64,000 nucleotides of DNA, taken from positions 18,413-82,412 of the forward strand of contig JAYRER010000048.1 in assembly GCA_041908795.1 (NCBI GenBank), written 5' to 3'. Of this stretch, positions 17,805 through 27,855 are shown one piece after another. The notes below the pieces were generated by a model. The model did not search any database. It was not told the origin of the DNA and worked only from the letters and a program-made list of their open reading frames with translations. Each line of letters opens with the position of its first letter. Position 1 is the stretch's first letter. Source of the stretch: Minisyncoccota bacterium (GTDB lineage Bacteria; Patescibacteriota; Minisyncoccia; Phycocordibacterales; UBA12088). A program made the translations under genes and the position numbers.

Positions 17805-19469
17805 CTAGTTCTTAGGAGAGACAATAAAACGATTGTTGATTACCAAAAAATCAATCGCTCCGGTTGTACACGAACGCAGCGCATCGTCCACCGATGACAC
17901 TATGGGCTCCTCGTGCATATTAAAGCTGGTGTTCACCACACAGGGGATACCTGTGTGTCGGTGGTAGGCGGCAATGACATCGTAGTACGCTGGATTGACT
18001 TCCCTTCGTACAAGCTGTGGACGCGCGGTACCGTCCACATGGGTGACAGCCGCAATCTTAGCCCTCCACTCCGGCCGCACGGAATATGTCACCGTCATAA
18101 ACTCCGCCGCATGGCGGGACGGCTCCACATTCTCAAATAAGCTATCAGCATGCTCGTAGAGGACACTCGGTGCAAAGGGCATAAACTCACTCCTGCGTAA
18201 TTTTTTGTTGAGCGAGTCGTTTATAGTATGGTCGGTTGGACGAGCAAGTATGCTTCGATGTCCTAGTGCCCTTGGGCCAAATTCCATCCTGCCGTCAAAC
18301 CACCCCACCACCTTCCCCTCTTGAAGAAGTACCCCAACGCGTTCGGCCGTATCTTTTTCTTCTTGATACAGAATTTTATTTGCCTCGAGGTATGCTCGAA
18401 CGGCTTCATCTGACGCGTGAGTTCCAAAATACACATGCGGTAGGCGAGACGAGTCCTTCTTTTTCTCGCATTTCACGTGGTGATAGTACAGTGCACTCCC
18501 AAGCACCAGCCCCTCATCACCCATCGCCGGCTCGACAAATAATTGCTCTGGCTGACAACGTTCAACAATGCGCTGGTTCATTTTCACATTTGCAAAAACT
18601 CCTCCCGCGACGGCAACTTTGCGTACGCCCGTACGGTCCATGAGTGCACTCACGTGACTCACCACTCGCTCTTCCAGGAGGTGTTGGGCATACGACGCCA
18701 CCTCTTCTCGCGTGAAGCGTGCACATAATGCAGCCACCCACTTCTGAAGCTCTTTACTGGTACCACGATGAAAGTGGAGCCCGTCTTCGCTTACGGTAAC
18801 AGGATCAGGTGCACTATGTGGCGCAACAATTTCTGGGTCTGCATACGCCGCAAGGCCCACCACCTTTCCCTCATGACGATTTGGTGTAAAGCCAAGACCC
18901 TTGGTGACATGTTCGTAAAACGCTCCCAGTGACTCGCCCGTATCCCCTTGCACTATCTTCTTCCATGACACCCCCTCCACAACCCATGCGGTATGCGAGA
19001 GTGAATCACCAAGCCCATCCAATGTTACGACGAGCGCCTTGTCAAACCCGGAATGGAAGTAAGCGCTGGCGGCGTGCGCGGTATGATGATCCAGAAAAAA
19101 GAACTCGGGCTTCTTAGGCAGGGAATGAAACAAACGGCGTATATCTCTCTCACGCCGAAACACTTGGTAAATATTCAGCATGTTCCCAAGTGTAATTTTA
19201 GGTCGATAGGAGATGAAACCATTTATCCCACCTAACTCAAACTTGCGCTTGAGGTACCCAGCGGCATCAAGATGGGAAACCGTCACCACGTCAATATCTG
19301 AAAGCGAGAGGCCACTATCGGTGAGTACAAATTCTAATGCCTGTGTGGGAAAACCCCAGTAAAATTTTTTACGGTTAAGACGCTCCTCGGAAACACACGA
19401 CTCTACCACGCCGTTTTTGAGCACGGCGGCGGAAGCGTTATGTCCATCATGGATCGAGAGTATGTTCAT
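17805..19469 (-). CDS. Carbamoyltransferase (NodU/CmcH/TobZ family)
   Basis: HNASAA...EERLNRKK, HHTAHAASAY, GGVFANVKMN, EFGPRALGHRS, HVDGTARPQ, NTSFN. Confidence 0.95.
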   Translation of the reverse strand: MNILSIHDGHNASAAVLKNGVVESCVSEERLNRKKFYWGFPTQALEFVLTDSGLSLSDIDVVTVSHLDAAGYLKRKFELGGINGFISYRPKITLGNMLNIYQVFRRERDIRRLFHSLPKKPEFFFLDHHTAHAASAYFHSGFDKALVVTLDGLGDSLSHTAWVVEGVSWKKIVQGDTGESLGAFYEHVTKGLGFTPNRHEGKVVGLAAYADPEIVAPHSAPDPVTVSEDGLHFHRGTSKELQKWVAALCARFTREEVASYAQHLLEERVVSHVSALMDRTGVRKVAVAGGVFANVKMNQRIVERCQPEQLFVEPAMGDEGLVLGSALYYHHVKCEKKKDSSRLPHVYFGTHASDEAVRAYLEANKILYQEEKDTAERVGVLLQEGKVVGWFDGRMEFGPRALGHRSILARPTDHTINDSLNKKLRRSEFMPFAPSVLYEHADSLFENVEPSRHAAEFMTVTYSVRPEWRAKIAAVTHVDGTARPQLVRREVNPAYYDVIAAYHRHTGIPCVVNTSFNMHEEPIVSSVDDALRSCTTGAIDFLVINNRFIVSPKN

Positions 19470-19479
19470 AGCGAACGCG

Positions 19480-19584
19480 TCATGTGAGCAGTGTACCGTT
19501 TTTCCGAACAACACGCACCACCTGCACGCTGTGGGCTTTGTGCGAGGGGAGCTTGGTATTGGCAATGTAGAGGAGTCGGGTCAT
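19480..19584 (-). pseudogene. 5' remnant of a GT4 paralog (MTRLLYIANTKLPSHKAHSVQVVR...)
   Basis: Resembles the N-terminus of the GT4 at 17800 (MHLVYVSNGRIPSHKAYSVQIVK); ATGA overlap with the parE stop. Confidence 0.65.
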
Positions 19585-19892
19585 GAGTTTTGCTCGTCTA
19601 GAAGGCGCGCGGTGTGCAGGATTCGAGAAACGCGAAGGTCTGTATCTACCAAATCGTAGTAGATACAGTATCTTGGCGCGAACACAAACGAACGGAGACC
19701 GGGGCGGACATCGTCGCGCAACCTCCCTATCTCCCCGTGACAGGCGAGTATCGTGCAGCACCGTTCAAGGTTACGTACAAACTTTTCTGCGGCGCGCACG
19801 TCGTGGTCAGACAGGTAGCGCAGTATTTCCTCCACATCACGGAGTGCGGGTTCAGAAAACTCATAGCCGCCATCCCTAGTGCGTTTGGTCAT
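19581..19892 (-). CDS. parE: Type II toxin, ParE/RelE family
   Basis: FSEPALRDVEEI...IGRLRDDVRPGLRSF...RILHTAR. Confidence 0.88.
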   Translation of the reverse strand: MTKRTRDGGYEFSEPALRDVEEILRYLSDHDVRAAEKFVRNLERCCTILACHGEIGRLRDDVRPGLRSFVFAPRYCIYYDLVDTDLRVSRILHTARLLDEQNS

Positions 19893-20164
19893 GGAGTGAC
19901 CTTGTTCCTTTTGTGCTTTTTAAGTATTTCTCGTGCCCGACGGAACACCGTATCACTCGAAACAGTCTTACCTTGCTCTATTGCGGCGTCACCCACTGCA
20001 ATCGCGGTTTGAAGCGCAATAAGCTCTTGCTGACGAAACAACTCCTCCATCTCAAGTTTGCGCAGTGACTCACGGACCACCTCGCTCGCAGAGATGTAGC
20101 GGCCGGATTTTACCTGGTCGCGAATAAACTTCTCCTGTTCCTTGGTAAGTGAAATGTTAGCCAT
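19889..20164 (-). CDS. parD: Type II antitoxin, ParD (RHH) family
   Basis: NISLTKEQEKFIRDQVKSGRYISASEVVRESLR; ATGA coupling to the toxin. Confidence 0.9.
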   Translation of the reverse strand: MANISLTKEQEKFIRDQVKSGRYISASEVVRESLRKLEMEELFRQQELIALQTAIAVGDAAIEQGKTVSSDTVFRRAREILKKHKRNKVTP

Positions 20165-20194
20165 ACACCAATGGTACCGGTATAACAAAAATTG

Positions 20195-21382
20195 TCAATT
20201 TTTGTTATACGCCTCGTTTTGCCCGGATAGCATTTCCATCACCCCATTGTACTCCGAGAGACGCCCTGCGACGTACATGCGGGCTCGCGCAACACGCTCG
20301 GCAATTGTGGGGTGAGCGGTGCGGATGCGGTCGAGCTCTCGGTCAAGTGCTTCAATGCCGTTCTCTTCACCCCACACGAAGGCACGCTCACCCTTTTCCC
20401 CGGCACTCTCGAGGAGCCCCTCCGCACGGCTCACGATACAAGGTGTCCCCACGTACATGGCCTCGAGTGGCACCATGCCGAGCGACTCACTGCGCGAGAA
20501 AAGCAGGAAGACATCGGCGTCAACGTAGTACCGCCAGAGCTCATGGTGAGGCACGGTGCCCGCAAAACGTACGTGGTCGGCGACACCGAGCGTGACTGCG
20601 AGCACTTCGAGACGGTCGCGGAGAATGCCGTCGCCCGCTATGACGAGTGTCGCCTCTTTGAGGGCGAGAGCGGCAAACGCCGTGAGCAAGCGGTCGAACC
20701 CTTTTTCAGGTTCAAGCCGGCCGACCGAGAGGAGCATGAGGTGCCCGTCGGGAACGGCAAGCGCGGCCCGCACCGAGCCCTTGTGCTCGCGGGCGGTCGT
20801 GAGGTCCGCGGAGTCGCGCGAGAGCGTGTCGGGGAAAAAGCGATGCGTGCGGCTCGCCGGTATGCCCACGTGTTGCGCGTAGAGCGCCGCCGCGCGGCTG
20901 TTGACGAAGCACACATCAACGCGCGGCACGGCGATGCGCTCGATCTGCGCCTCCACGAAAAGCTTGAGTCGTGCGAGGGGGCGCGTCTTGAGAAGCGTTG
21001 CGGGCAGGTTCGCCACAAACAGCACGACGCGCGCACCCGTCTCTTTGCGCACTCGTGCGGCCGCGGGCACCAAGCTCATGTCGTAGGTCACAACCGCGTC
21101 CGGCACGTACCCCCGCGCACGCAAGAGTGCGGGTAAACGAAGCATCATGACAAGTGCATAGAACGGGCGAAGGTGTCTGAAGCGAGCACGCAGGTGCACC
21201 GTTTCGAAGTGGTCGTCCACCCTGAGGTAGTAGTGCTCTGGCCCGAAGGACACGAGGAACATGTCGCACTCGGCAAGGCGTATGCCATCGCGCTCGAACT
21301 TGGTCCGCATCTCGGGCACGTTGGTTTTGGCGAGGTTGCGCCAATCGAAACTGAGGCAAACGAGTCGAGGTCGGGTGGTCAT
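20195..21382 (-). CDS. Glycosyltransferase family 4
   Basis: VGRLEPEKG, SESLGMVPLEAM. Confidence 0.9.
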   Translation of the reverse strand: MTTRPRLVCLSFDWRNLAKTNVPEMRTKFERDGIRLAECDMFLVSFGPEHYYLRVDDHFETVHLRARFRHLRPFYALVMMLRLPALLRARGYVPDAVVTYDMSLVPAAARVRKETGARVVLFVANLPATLLKTRPLARLKLFVEAQIERIAVPRVDVCFVNSRAAALYAQHVGIPASRTHRFFPDTLSRDSADLTTAREHKGSVRAALAVPDGHLMLLSVGRLEPEKGFDRLLTAFAALALKEATLVIAGDGILRDRLEVLAVTLGVADHVRFAGTVPHHELWRYYVDADVFLLFSRSESLGMVPLEAMYVGTPCIVSRAEGLLESAGEKGERAFVWGEENGIEALDRELDRIRTAHPTIAERVARARMYVAGRLSEYNGVMEMLSGQNEAYNKN

Positions 21383-21478
21383 GTGTGTGCGCGAAAGAGG
21401 GCACAGCCCTCGTACCACGGCTCTCCCGGGTGAGGTTGCCGGATGCCTCTGCGGTATGCGCAGTATACCCCGTGTGCG

Positions 21479-22459
21479 CTACGTGCGCCGCGCTTCAGCT
21501 GCCGGCGTCGCAAACCGCTTTCGTGCCTCCGCTTTGGGGCCGTAGAGGTTGTGAGTGTACCACGCCACCGCCCGCTCGATGCCGTCTTCCACCAAGACCT
21601 CGGGTTTGTACCCGAAGTGGTGCTTGGCGCGCGAGATGTCGGCGATGTACTTCACCACCTCCCCTGTGCGGTTATCGTGTATCTCGATATCGTTGTCGGT
21701 GCCGAGTTGACGCTTCATGAACTCCGCCACTTCGACGAGCGATTTGCCCTGCCCGTAGGCGATGTTGAACATCCCGCCGGTACCCGCTTCGAAGTGCTCG
21801 ATGCCAAGCAAAATGCCGCGCACGGCATCGCTGATGTAGGTGAAGTCGAGGAGCTTGTCGCGCCCGAAAATCTTAAGCGGCTCACCCGCGAGGCACTGCC
21901 GGATGAAGAGGGGCACGACGCGGTCACTCTCATCATAGAGCCCGTAGACGTTGCTGAAGCGGTAGATAATCGCCTTAAGGCCGTAGCATTTCTGGTAACT
22001 GTGGACGAGCGCTTCCCCGCTCATCTTGCTTGCGGTGTAGGGGCTCGGGCAGTTCCAGATGCGCGTGTCCTCTTCGGCGTGGGTCACCTTGCCCGTGTTG
22101 CCATAGACCTCACGACTTGAGGCAAACATGAGGCGTGGCATGTTCCTGCGGCGCACGTACTCGAGCACGTTGAAGACCGATAGAAAGTTGTCGCGCGCGA
22201 GTGTGGGGTCAATGACGAGGTTGTGCACTCGGGCATTCGCCGCGAGGTGGATGACGAGGTCAGTGCCACCATCGGGGAGCTTTTCGAGCACACCCTCAAG
22301 GTCACGCAGGTCTTGGCGGATGGTCTTTGCTTCAATGACCGGATCCCACTTGTTTTCGCGCCAGTCGACACCGGTCACCTCAAAACCCTGCGCCAACAAC
22401 TTCTGGCACAAGTAGGTACCAATGGTACCACTGCTTCCCGTAACAAGGACCCTTCGCAT
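21479..22459 (-). CDS. NAD-dependent epimerase/dehydratase
   Basis: VTGSSGTIG, SSREVYG, YTASK, RFSNVYG. Confidence 0.92.
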   Translation of the reverse strand: MRRVLVTGSSGTIGTYLCQKLLAQGFEVTGVDWRENKWDPVIEAKTIRQDLRDLEGVLEKLPDGGTDLVIHLAANARVHNLVIDPTLARDNFLSVFNVLEYVRRRNMPRLMFASSREVYGNTGKVTHAEEDTRIWNCPSPYTASKMSGEALVHSYQKCYGLKAIIYRFSNVYGLYDESDRVVPLFIRQCLAGEPLKIFGRDKLLDFTYISDAVRGILLGIEHFEAGTGGMFNIAYGQGKSLVEVAEFMKRQLGTDNDIEIHDNRTGEVVKYIADISRAKHHFGYKPEVLVEDGIERAVAWYTHNLYGPKAEARKRFATPAAEARRT

Positions 22460-22476
22460 AGCGTACCCAGAGTGTA

Positions 22477-24585
22477 CTACTCCTTGCCAAGGTCGGACAA
22501 CTTGTCCCAATCCACATAATGTAGCCGAACAGTGCTCCCGGGCACGATGCCACGCTCGTCGTAGATAATAGGCACCGCTTCTTTGTACCGAGGGTCGTCG
22601 AGCTCCGCGAGGTAGGGCTTTAGCGAAACCGTGCGGTCGGAAATGATGAGCCACGTGCCACGCGGGTCGCGGTGGTACGCGAGCGCCTCCTCCAAGGTGT
22701 CGAACTTGCCGTAGCGAATGATCTCAAGCCCCGTCTCGGGCGCCTTGAGCTCGGAGAGGTTGCGCCCCGCAACGGTGGTGTCGGGAAGAAGCATCATGGG
22801 GTAATCGCCCTCATCAAATGAGACGAGGGTGCCCCGCGCCTTCTCGGCCGTCACGTACGCCCATGCGGGAAGTGTGCTTTGGTCTGCGCGCTTCATGAGG
22901 AGCATCGCGGGTGTGATAAGCGACCAGAGCACAATAGCGAGTGTGAGCGTGGCGAGGATCGTTCGCTCGTAGCGGTGTCGACCAACCGCGTGGCGGATGC
23001 CGAGAAAAGCGACGAGCGCAACGAGCGGAACGATGGGCACCACGTAGCGCCCCTCGGCAAACACCGAGTAGAGTGGCGCGAGACCGGCGACAAATATACC
23101 CATGAAGAGCGCGACGGGAATGAACCGGCGTGTTGAGATACACAGGAAAAGTCCGCCAATATACGGCAAGAGGAGAACGGGCAGAATGACCGAACTGAAG
23201 CTGTTGGGCTCCCAGCCGTGCACCATGGAAAACACAAGCTTCACGAAACCATCTATGACAAACTTGTGGAACACCTCCGCAGAGGTGTGCGTGGCGAGGT
23301 ACTCTCCCAAGGTCGGCACCGGCACGTTCGGTGTCCACACATCCATGGTGAAGTCTTCGACGAAGTACTTGTCGTTTTGGCCGTAGGTAAACGCGCTCCC
23401 GAAGGCTTCATGACGCGCAATGAGGAATGGGGCCGAGAGCGCAAAGAAGAGCGCGATGAGCCCAACGGAAGCGAGTGCCACGTGGCCTGCGTGCTCGACA
23501 AGCGAGCGCGCATGGTCGCGGATGCGCACGTGTGTCGCGAGGTAGGTGAGCACCACAACACCGAGGACAAAAAGACCGTTTGCGCGCACGTAGTAGGAGA
23601 TGGAGGCAAATATGACGGCATAGAGAATATGGTGGGGGCGTTCGAGCGAACGAATGCAGAAGTAGAGTGCCATGAGGGAGAGCACGAGAAAGAGCCCGTC
23701 GGAGGAGAAAATGGTTGAGTAGTAGATGAGCCACGGATGCGCGGCAATGGTGAACGTCACGAGTGCGGTAGAGAAGCGGTCGAGGAATTGCCGCGCAATG
23801 AGCCACGTCGGCACAACCGCAAGCGCACCCACAATAACCCCGAAGAGCTGTGCATAGGGCATGAGCTCGAAGCGGCTTATGGGCTCGAGAAGCCATACAA
23901 ACGGCGCGAACAAGAGCGAGGTGCCGATTGCGTGCGAGTAGGGAGGTACCCAGTTGCCCTGCGCTATCTCTATAGCTTTTAAGAGGTAGAGGTAGGAGTC
24001 ACCCGTGAAGGTGGCGACTGCAGAAAAATCGGTTGCAACGTAGCGTACCACGAGCGCGAAGACGAATGTAGCTCCAAGGAGAAAGAGTGAGCCCCGCTCG
24101 AAGACCGGTTCGCGTTCCTCACCGCGCGCACGCTCCGATATACCCTTACGTACGAGCTCTCGCAGGGTAAGATGGTCGTTCTCCTTGTGAATGAGTCCGA
24201 AGGTGAAGTGCTTGTGCCCCCAAAAGCTCCAGACTGCAACGACGGTGACTGCAATGAGTTTTGCGATGAGCACGTGCGCATTTGTGCCCTCCACGAGAGC
24301 GGTTATGACCGCCTGGTTTATCACGAGCCCCACAAGCGCAACCGCAACAAACACACCCGCCTGCGTCGCCACGCGCGTGCTCGTGTTATTGAAGGTGAAC
24401 ACTTTGTTGAGCGAAAAGTTCGTCGCCATGCCGGCGCAGTAGCCAAGGCCCGCTGCCCAAAAGTAGTGGAGGCCCGCACCCGCCGTAAGCACTGAGAGGA
24501 GCCCCATATCAACGACTGTCGCCGCACCCGCAAAAACCGCGTAGACAAAAAACTGCCGTACGCTGTCGCTCACTCGCTCCATCAT
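22477..24585 (-). CDS. GtrA-like flippase domain fused to a GT-C (GT39/PMT-like) glycosyltransferase
   Basis: N-terminal 4-TM QFFVYAVFAG...NFSLNKVFTF...KLIA...WSFWGHKHFTF, then GDSYLY and a multi-TM GT-C body with a soluble C-terminal domain. Confidence 0.8.
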   Translation of the reverse strand: MMERVSDSVRQFFVYAVFAGAATVVDMGLLSVLTAGAGLHYFWAAGLGYCAGMATNFSLNKVFTFNNTSTRVATQAGVFVAVALVGLVINQAVITALVEGTNAHVLIAKLIAVTVVAVWSFWGHKHFTFGLIHKENDHLTLRELVRKGISERARGEEREPVFERGSLFLLGATFVFALVVRYVATDFSAVATFTGDSYLYLLKAIEIAQGNWVPPYSHAIGTSLLFAPFVWLLEPISRFELMPYAQLFGVIVGALAVVPTWLIARQFLDRFSTALVTFTIAAHPWLIYYSTIFSSDGLFLVLSLMALYFCIRSLERPHHILYAVIFASISYYVRANGLFVLGVVVLTYLATHVRIRDHARSLVEHAGHVALASVGLIALFFALSAPFLIARHEAFGSAFTYGQNDKYFVEDFTMDVWTPNVPVPTLGEYLATHTSAEVFHKFVIDGFVKLVFSMVHGWEPNSFSSVILPVLLLPYIGGLFLCISTRRFIPVALFMGIFVAGLAPLYSVFAEGRYVVPIVPLVALVAFLGIRHAVGRHRYERTILATLTLAIVLWSLITPAMLLMKRADQSTLPAWAYVTAEKARGTLVSFDEGDYPMMLLPDTTVAGRNLSELKAPETGLEIIRYGKFDTLEEALAYHRDPRGTWLIISDRTVSLKPYLAELDDPRYKEAVPIIYDERGIVPGSTVRLHYVDWDKLSDLGKE

Positions 24586-26093
24586 GCGCTCACGTGTGCC
24601 GGCTCACCCTCCGGTTTCTTTTCCTCCCCCTTCTTTTCACGGAGCTTGCCTTTCTCGTAGTACTCCTTCTCCGCACCGATGGCATCGAAGTCGGGCTTCA
24701 CGTGTTTGAGAATACCCTCCGCGGCGGCGATGCCCATTTCGAGCGAGTGGTCTTGGTTGTTGTAGCGGAAGCGGCCGGGCCTGCCGATGTAGTGGAGGTT
24801 CTCGAAGGTGTCGAGCCAACGCTTCACCGTGGCAAGCCGCTCGGGGTACTCGAGGTCGTAAATGGGGTAGACGTGCGCGCGCTCTAGCTTGTAGTAGCTC
24901 CGCACGTCTTTTCGTGTGAAGAAACCGGCTTTCTCGATGTGCGGCATTGCGAGCTCGAAGAGTCGGTCTTTATCGGTGTTCCACAGCTCGTCCCCGCGCG
25001 TGACGAAAAACTCAATGAACCACGACGTCTTGCCCGGAGGGTTCATGTCGTCGCTGAAGTTTTTCATCTCCGCCACACGACCAAACGGTACCTTGGTGTC
25101 GGGGAAGTAAATCCACTGGTCTCCCGTGATGCGCTCCTTGTCGAGTGTCACGAAAAGGTACGTCTGGTCGCGCCACCGTAGCTTGCTCGCCGCTTCGCGC
25201 ACTTCGCTCGGGGGCGCGGGCTCAAGGAGGTCGAGAAAGCGCGTGAGCGGAATGGAGCTCACCAAGGCCTCCGGCTCCATGCGGTAGAGCCCCTCGGGGC
25301 CCTTGAGGTCCAGCGAGGTGATGCGACCGTTCTCGTGGCGAATGACCCTAGGCTCCGTATTGAGGCGGATGTCGCTCCCCTTCTCCTTCACGCGTGCCGC
25401 GATGGTCTCATAGATAAGACCGGTACCGAATTGCGGGTAGTAGAACGTGTCGACGAGCGACTTGGGTTCATCGCGCTTCCCGAGACCGAGCGCTTTTTTC
25501 ACGAGCGAAACGACGATGGCGCGTATGGAGAGCCCCTTGATGCGTTGCGCCGCCCAGTCGGGGTGGAGGGTACTGCACGGTACGCCCCAGATTTTCTCCG
25601 TGTAGTTGAGCATGTTGAACGAGCCGAGCGCGTAGCCGAAGTTTGCGACGATGTAGTCCTCGAACGTAGTCTTCGGGTGGTAGAGAAGGCCGTACTCAAT
25701 GCGCGCGAGCGCATAGGAGAACATCATGCCCGCCGCACGCACGAGACCGATATTCTTTAGCGCCTGGGTGGGATTGATGGGGTAGTCGTAGAACTTCCCA
25801 TCGATGAATTGGCGTGTCTGCCGTTTCACCGTAATCCACTTCTCATTGATGAGGTTCTCAATGAATTCATAGAGGTACGGATTCTTCGAGAAGAAGCGGT
25901 GGGGACCGATATCGGTACGGAAGGTGAGGTTGCCTTCTTTGAACTCAAGAGTCTGCGCGAGTCCTCCCACCCGCTCGTCTCGCTCGATAATAGTTGCGGT
26001 CTTGCCCGCTTTCGTGAGCTCCATCGCGGTCGCCATGCCGGCCGGTCCCGCCCCTACGATGAGTATGCCGCCTTTCGTTTCCATTGGCGACAT
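24582..26093 (-). CDS. FAD-dependent oxidoreductase (HemY/UDP-galactopyranose-mutase-like)
   Basis: GAGPAG, VGGLA, DIGPHRFFSK, GRPGRFRYNNQDHS. Confidence 0.85.
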   Translation of the reverse strand: MSPMETKGGILIVGAGPAGMATAMELTKAGKTATIIERDERVGGLAQTLEFKEGNLTFRTDIGPHRFFSKNPYLYEFIENLINEKWITVKRQTRQFIDGKFYDYPINPTQALKNIGLVRAAGMMFSYALARIEYGLLYHPKTTFEDYIVANFGYALGSFNMLNYTEKIWGVPCSTLHPDWAAQRIKGLSIRAIVVSLVKKALGLGKRDEPKSLVDTFYYPQFGTGLIYETIAARVKEKGSDIRLNTEPRVIRHENGRITSLDLKGPEGLYRMEPEALVSSIPLTRFLDLLEPAPPSEVREAASKLRWRDQTYLFVTLDKERITGDQWIYFPDTKVPFGRVAEMKNFSDDMNPPGKTSWFIEFFVTRGDELWNTDKDRLFELAMPHIEKAGFFTRKDVRSYYKLERAHVYPIYDLEYPERLATVKRWLDTFENLHYIGRPGRFRYNNQDHSLEMGIAAAEGILKHVKPDFDAIGAEKEYYEKGKLREKKGEEKKPEGEPAHVSA

Positions 26094-26254
26094 AGTAGCA
26101 AATCAGCTACATCCACGCACTTGAACACACAAACCCTTTGTGGCATAGCGCTTGTGTTGCCTCCGCATCCGTGCCACTAGGATGTACAAAATCTGCCAAG
26201 CACATGAGGGCGTAGCAGATCTTTTTTGACGATGCAACGTGTACCGCAAGATGG

Positions 26255-27088
26255 CTATGGCAGATGGAGAAGGTTCCGCGCGTACCGGCGCAGGTAGCGC
26301 CACATGCCATAGGCTGTGTCGTACATGCTGTAGAGCTCGAAGCGAAAAGGTGCGACATCGCGGGCCGGATAGCGCAGACGCAGGAGTGTGTACTTCACAA
26401 TGCGCTTCATAATTTCAAACGCACTCGCCCACTCGTGGTAAAGAAAGTCGAACGGATTTTTCGATGTATAGTCGTCGATGATGCGCGCATTGCGCACCGC
26501 CTTCTTATGCATACGCGCGAAGGTCATGTGTCCGTCGAGTGGCACCAGCCACGGCGCCTCTATGCGGCCGGTCGTGTACGCCTCGGTGTCGTAGCGCACC
26601 TTCTCGTGAATACGCTTCGTCATACGTGCGCCGGTCGTCCTGTCCCACAGGCGCACCTGGTACACACTCTTCCACATGCGGTACCGCACCGTCCCATCCT
26701 CACTCGTGTTCTGTTGACGTACCTCGTAGAACCGGTGCGCAGGGCTCGCTGTGCTCGTAATGGTTCGAATCTCCTCCACGAGCTCGGGGGTCGCAATTTC
26801 GTCCGCGTCGAGGTAGAAAAACCATCGCTGCGTCGCCCTCTCAACTTGTCTATTGCGCTCAAGCGCAAAGTCCTCGATACCTTTCCTCTGACTGCTCTGC
26901 TCCATGATGACTGCTCCGTGTGCACGCGCCACCTCAAGCGTCCCATCGGTTGAGCCGCCATCGGCAACTATCACTTCCGCGAAGTCATGCACACTCGCAA
27001 GACACCGCGCGAGCGACGCCTCACAGTTGTACGTCAAGACGCCGACCGTACAGGAAATGCACGCACGCTGTGAAGTCACTTTTTCCAT
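26255..27088 (-). CDS. Glycosyltransferase family 2 (WaaE/KdtX-like)
   Basis: DGGSTDGT, FALERN, YLDADE, IHE. Confidence 0.88.
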   Translation of the reverse strand: MEKVTSQRACISCTVGVLTYNCEASLARCLASVHDFAEVIVADGGSTDGTLEVARAHGAVIMEQSSQRKGIEDFALERNRQVERATQRWFFYLDADEIATPELVEEIRTITSTASPAHRFYEVRQQNTSEDGTVRYRMWKSVYQVRLWDRTTGARMTKRIHEKVRYDTEAYTTGRIEAPWLVPLDGHMTFARMHKKAVRNARIIDDYTSKNPFDFLYHEWASAFEIMKRIVKYTLLRLRYPARDVAPFRFELYSMYDTAYGMWRYLRRYARNLLHLP

Positions 27089-27855
27089 AGGGAGGTGATG
27101 CGCTTGTACACGTCTACCGCGGGTGTGGTGCGAAGTGCGAAAAGTAAAAACGACATTGTGCCCTGGACCTCGACGCGGCGCAGTGCGAAACGATTGCTGT
27201 CGCTCTGCACCGAACCCTCGTACATCCCGAACGCCGCCTCAAACCCCATGTGTTGCGCCTCACCAACCACCGCGTCCGACTTCGCTCCGTACGCGTAGGC
27301 AAGGAGGCGCGGGGTGGTGCCAAGCTCGCGCATAATCGTGGCGCGCGATGTCTCGAGCTCCGAGCGGAGCGCGGTACGGTCCGCTTCGATGTCGGTGAGC
27401 CGCTCGTGCCGGTGGCCGTGCACCTCAATACCCATGCCGCCACGGGCAAGCTCGCGCACCTTATCCCACGAGTCCGGCCGCGCCATGCCAAGGAACGGCT
27501 CGGTCACTGCAAGGTCGGTCGTGAGAAAGAGTGTTGCGGGAACACCATACTTCTTGAGTATCGGAAGCGCGTGGGTGAGCGTATCACGATACCCGTCGTC
27601 GAAGGTGAGCGCGACCGCTCCGCGGGGAAGTGAAGCACCACCAAGGTGTGCGACAACTTCCGTAAGGGAGACGAGCGTACGGTGCCGAGCGAGCCAGCGC
27701 ACCTGCCGCTCGAACACAACGGGTGAAACGGAGAAGCGCGAGGCCGGGTCGGCAACGCTGTGGTAGGTGAGTACGACCGCGCCGCCCTGCCTTCCCGCAC
27801 CCAAGCGCCAGAGCATCCACGCAAGCGCGTAGCCGAGTGTCTTGAGAAACGTCAT
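27076..27855 (-). CDS. Polysaccharide deacetylase (NodB/CE4)
   Basis: LTYHSV, TFDDGY, HGHRH, AYAYG. Confidence 0.9.
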   Translation of the reverse strand: MTFLKTLGYALAWMLWRLGAGRQGGAVVLTYHSVADPASRFSVSPVVFERQVRWLARHRTLVSLTEVVAHLGGASLPRGAVALTFDDGYRDTLTHALPILKKYGVPATLFLTTDLAVTEPFLGMARPDSWDKVRELARGGMGIEVHGHRHERLTDIEADRTALRSELETSRATIMRELGTTPRLLAYAYGAKSDAVVGEAQHMGFEAAFGMYEGSVQSDSNRFALRRVEVQGTMSFLLFALRTTPAVDVYKRITSLWKK

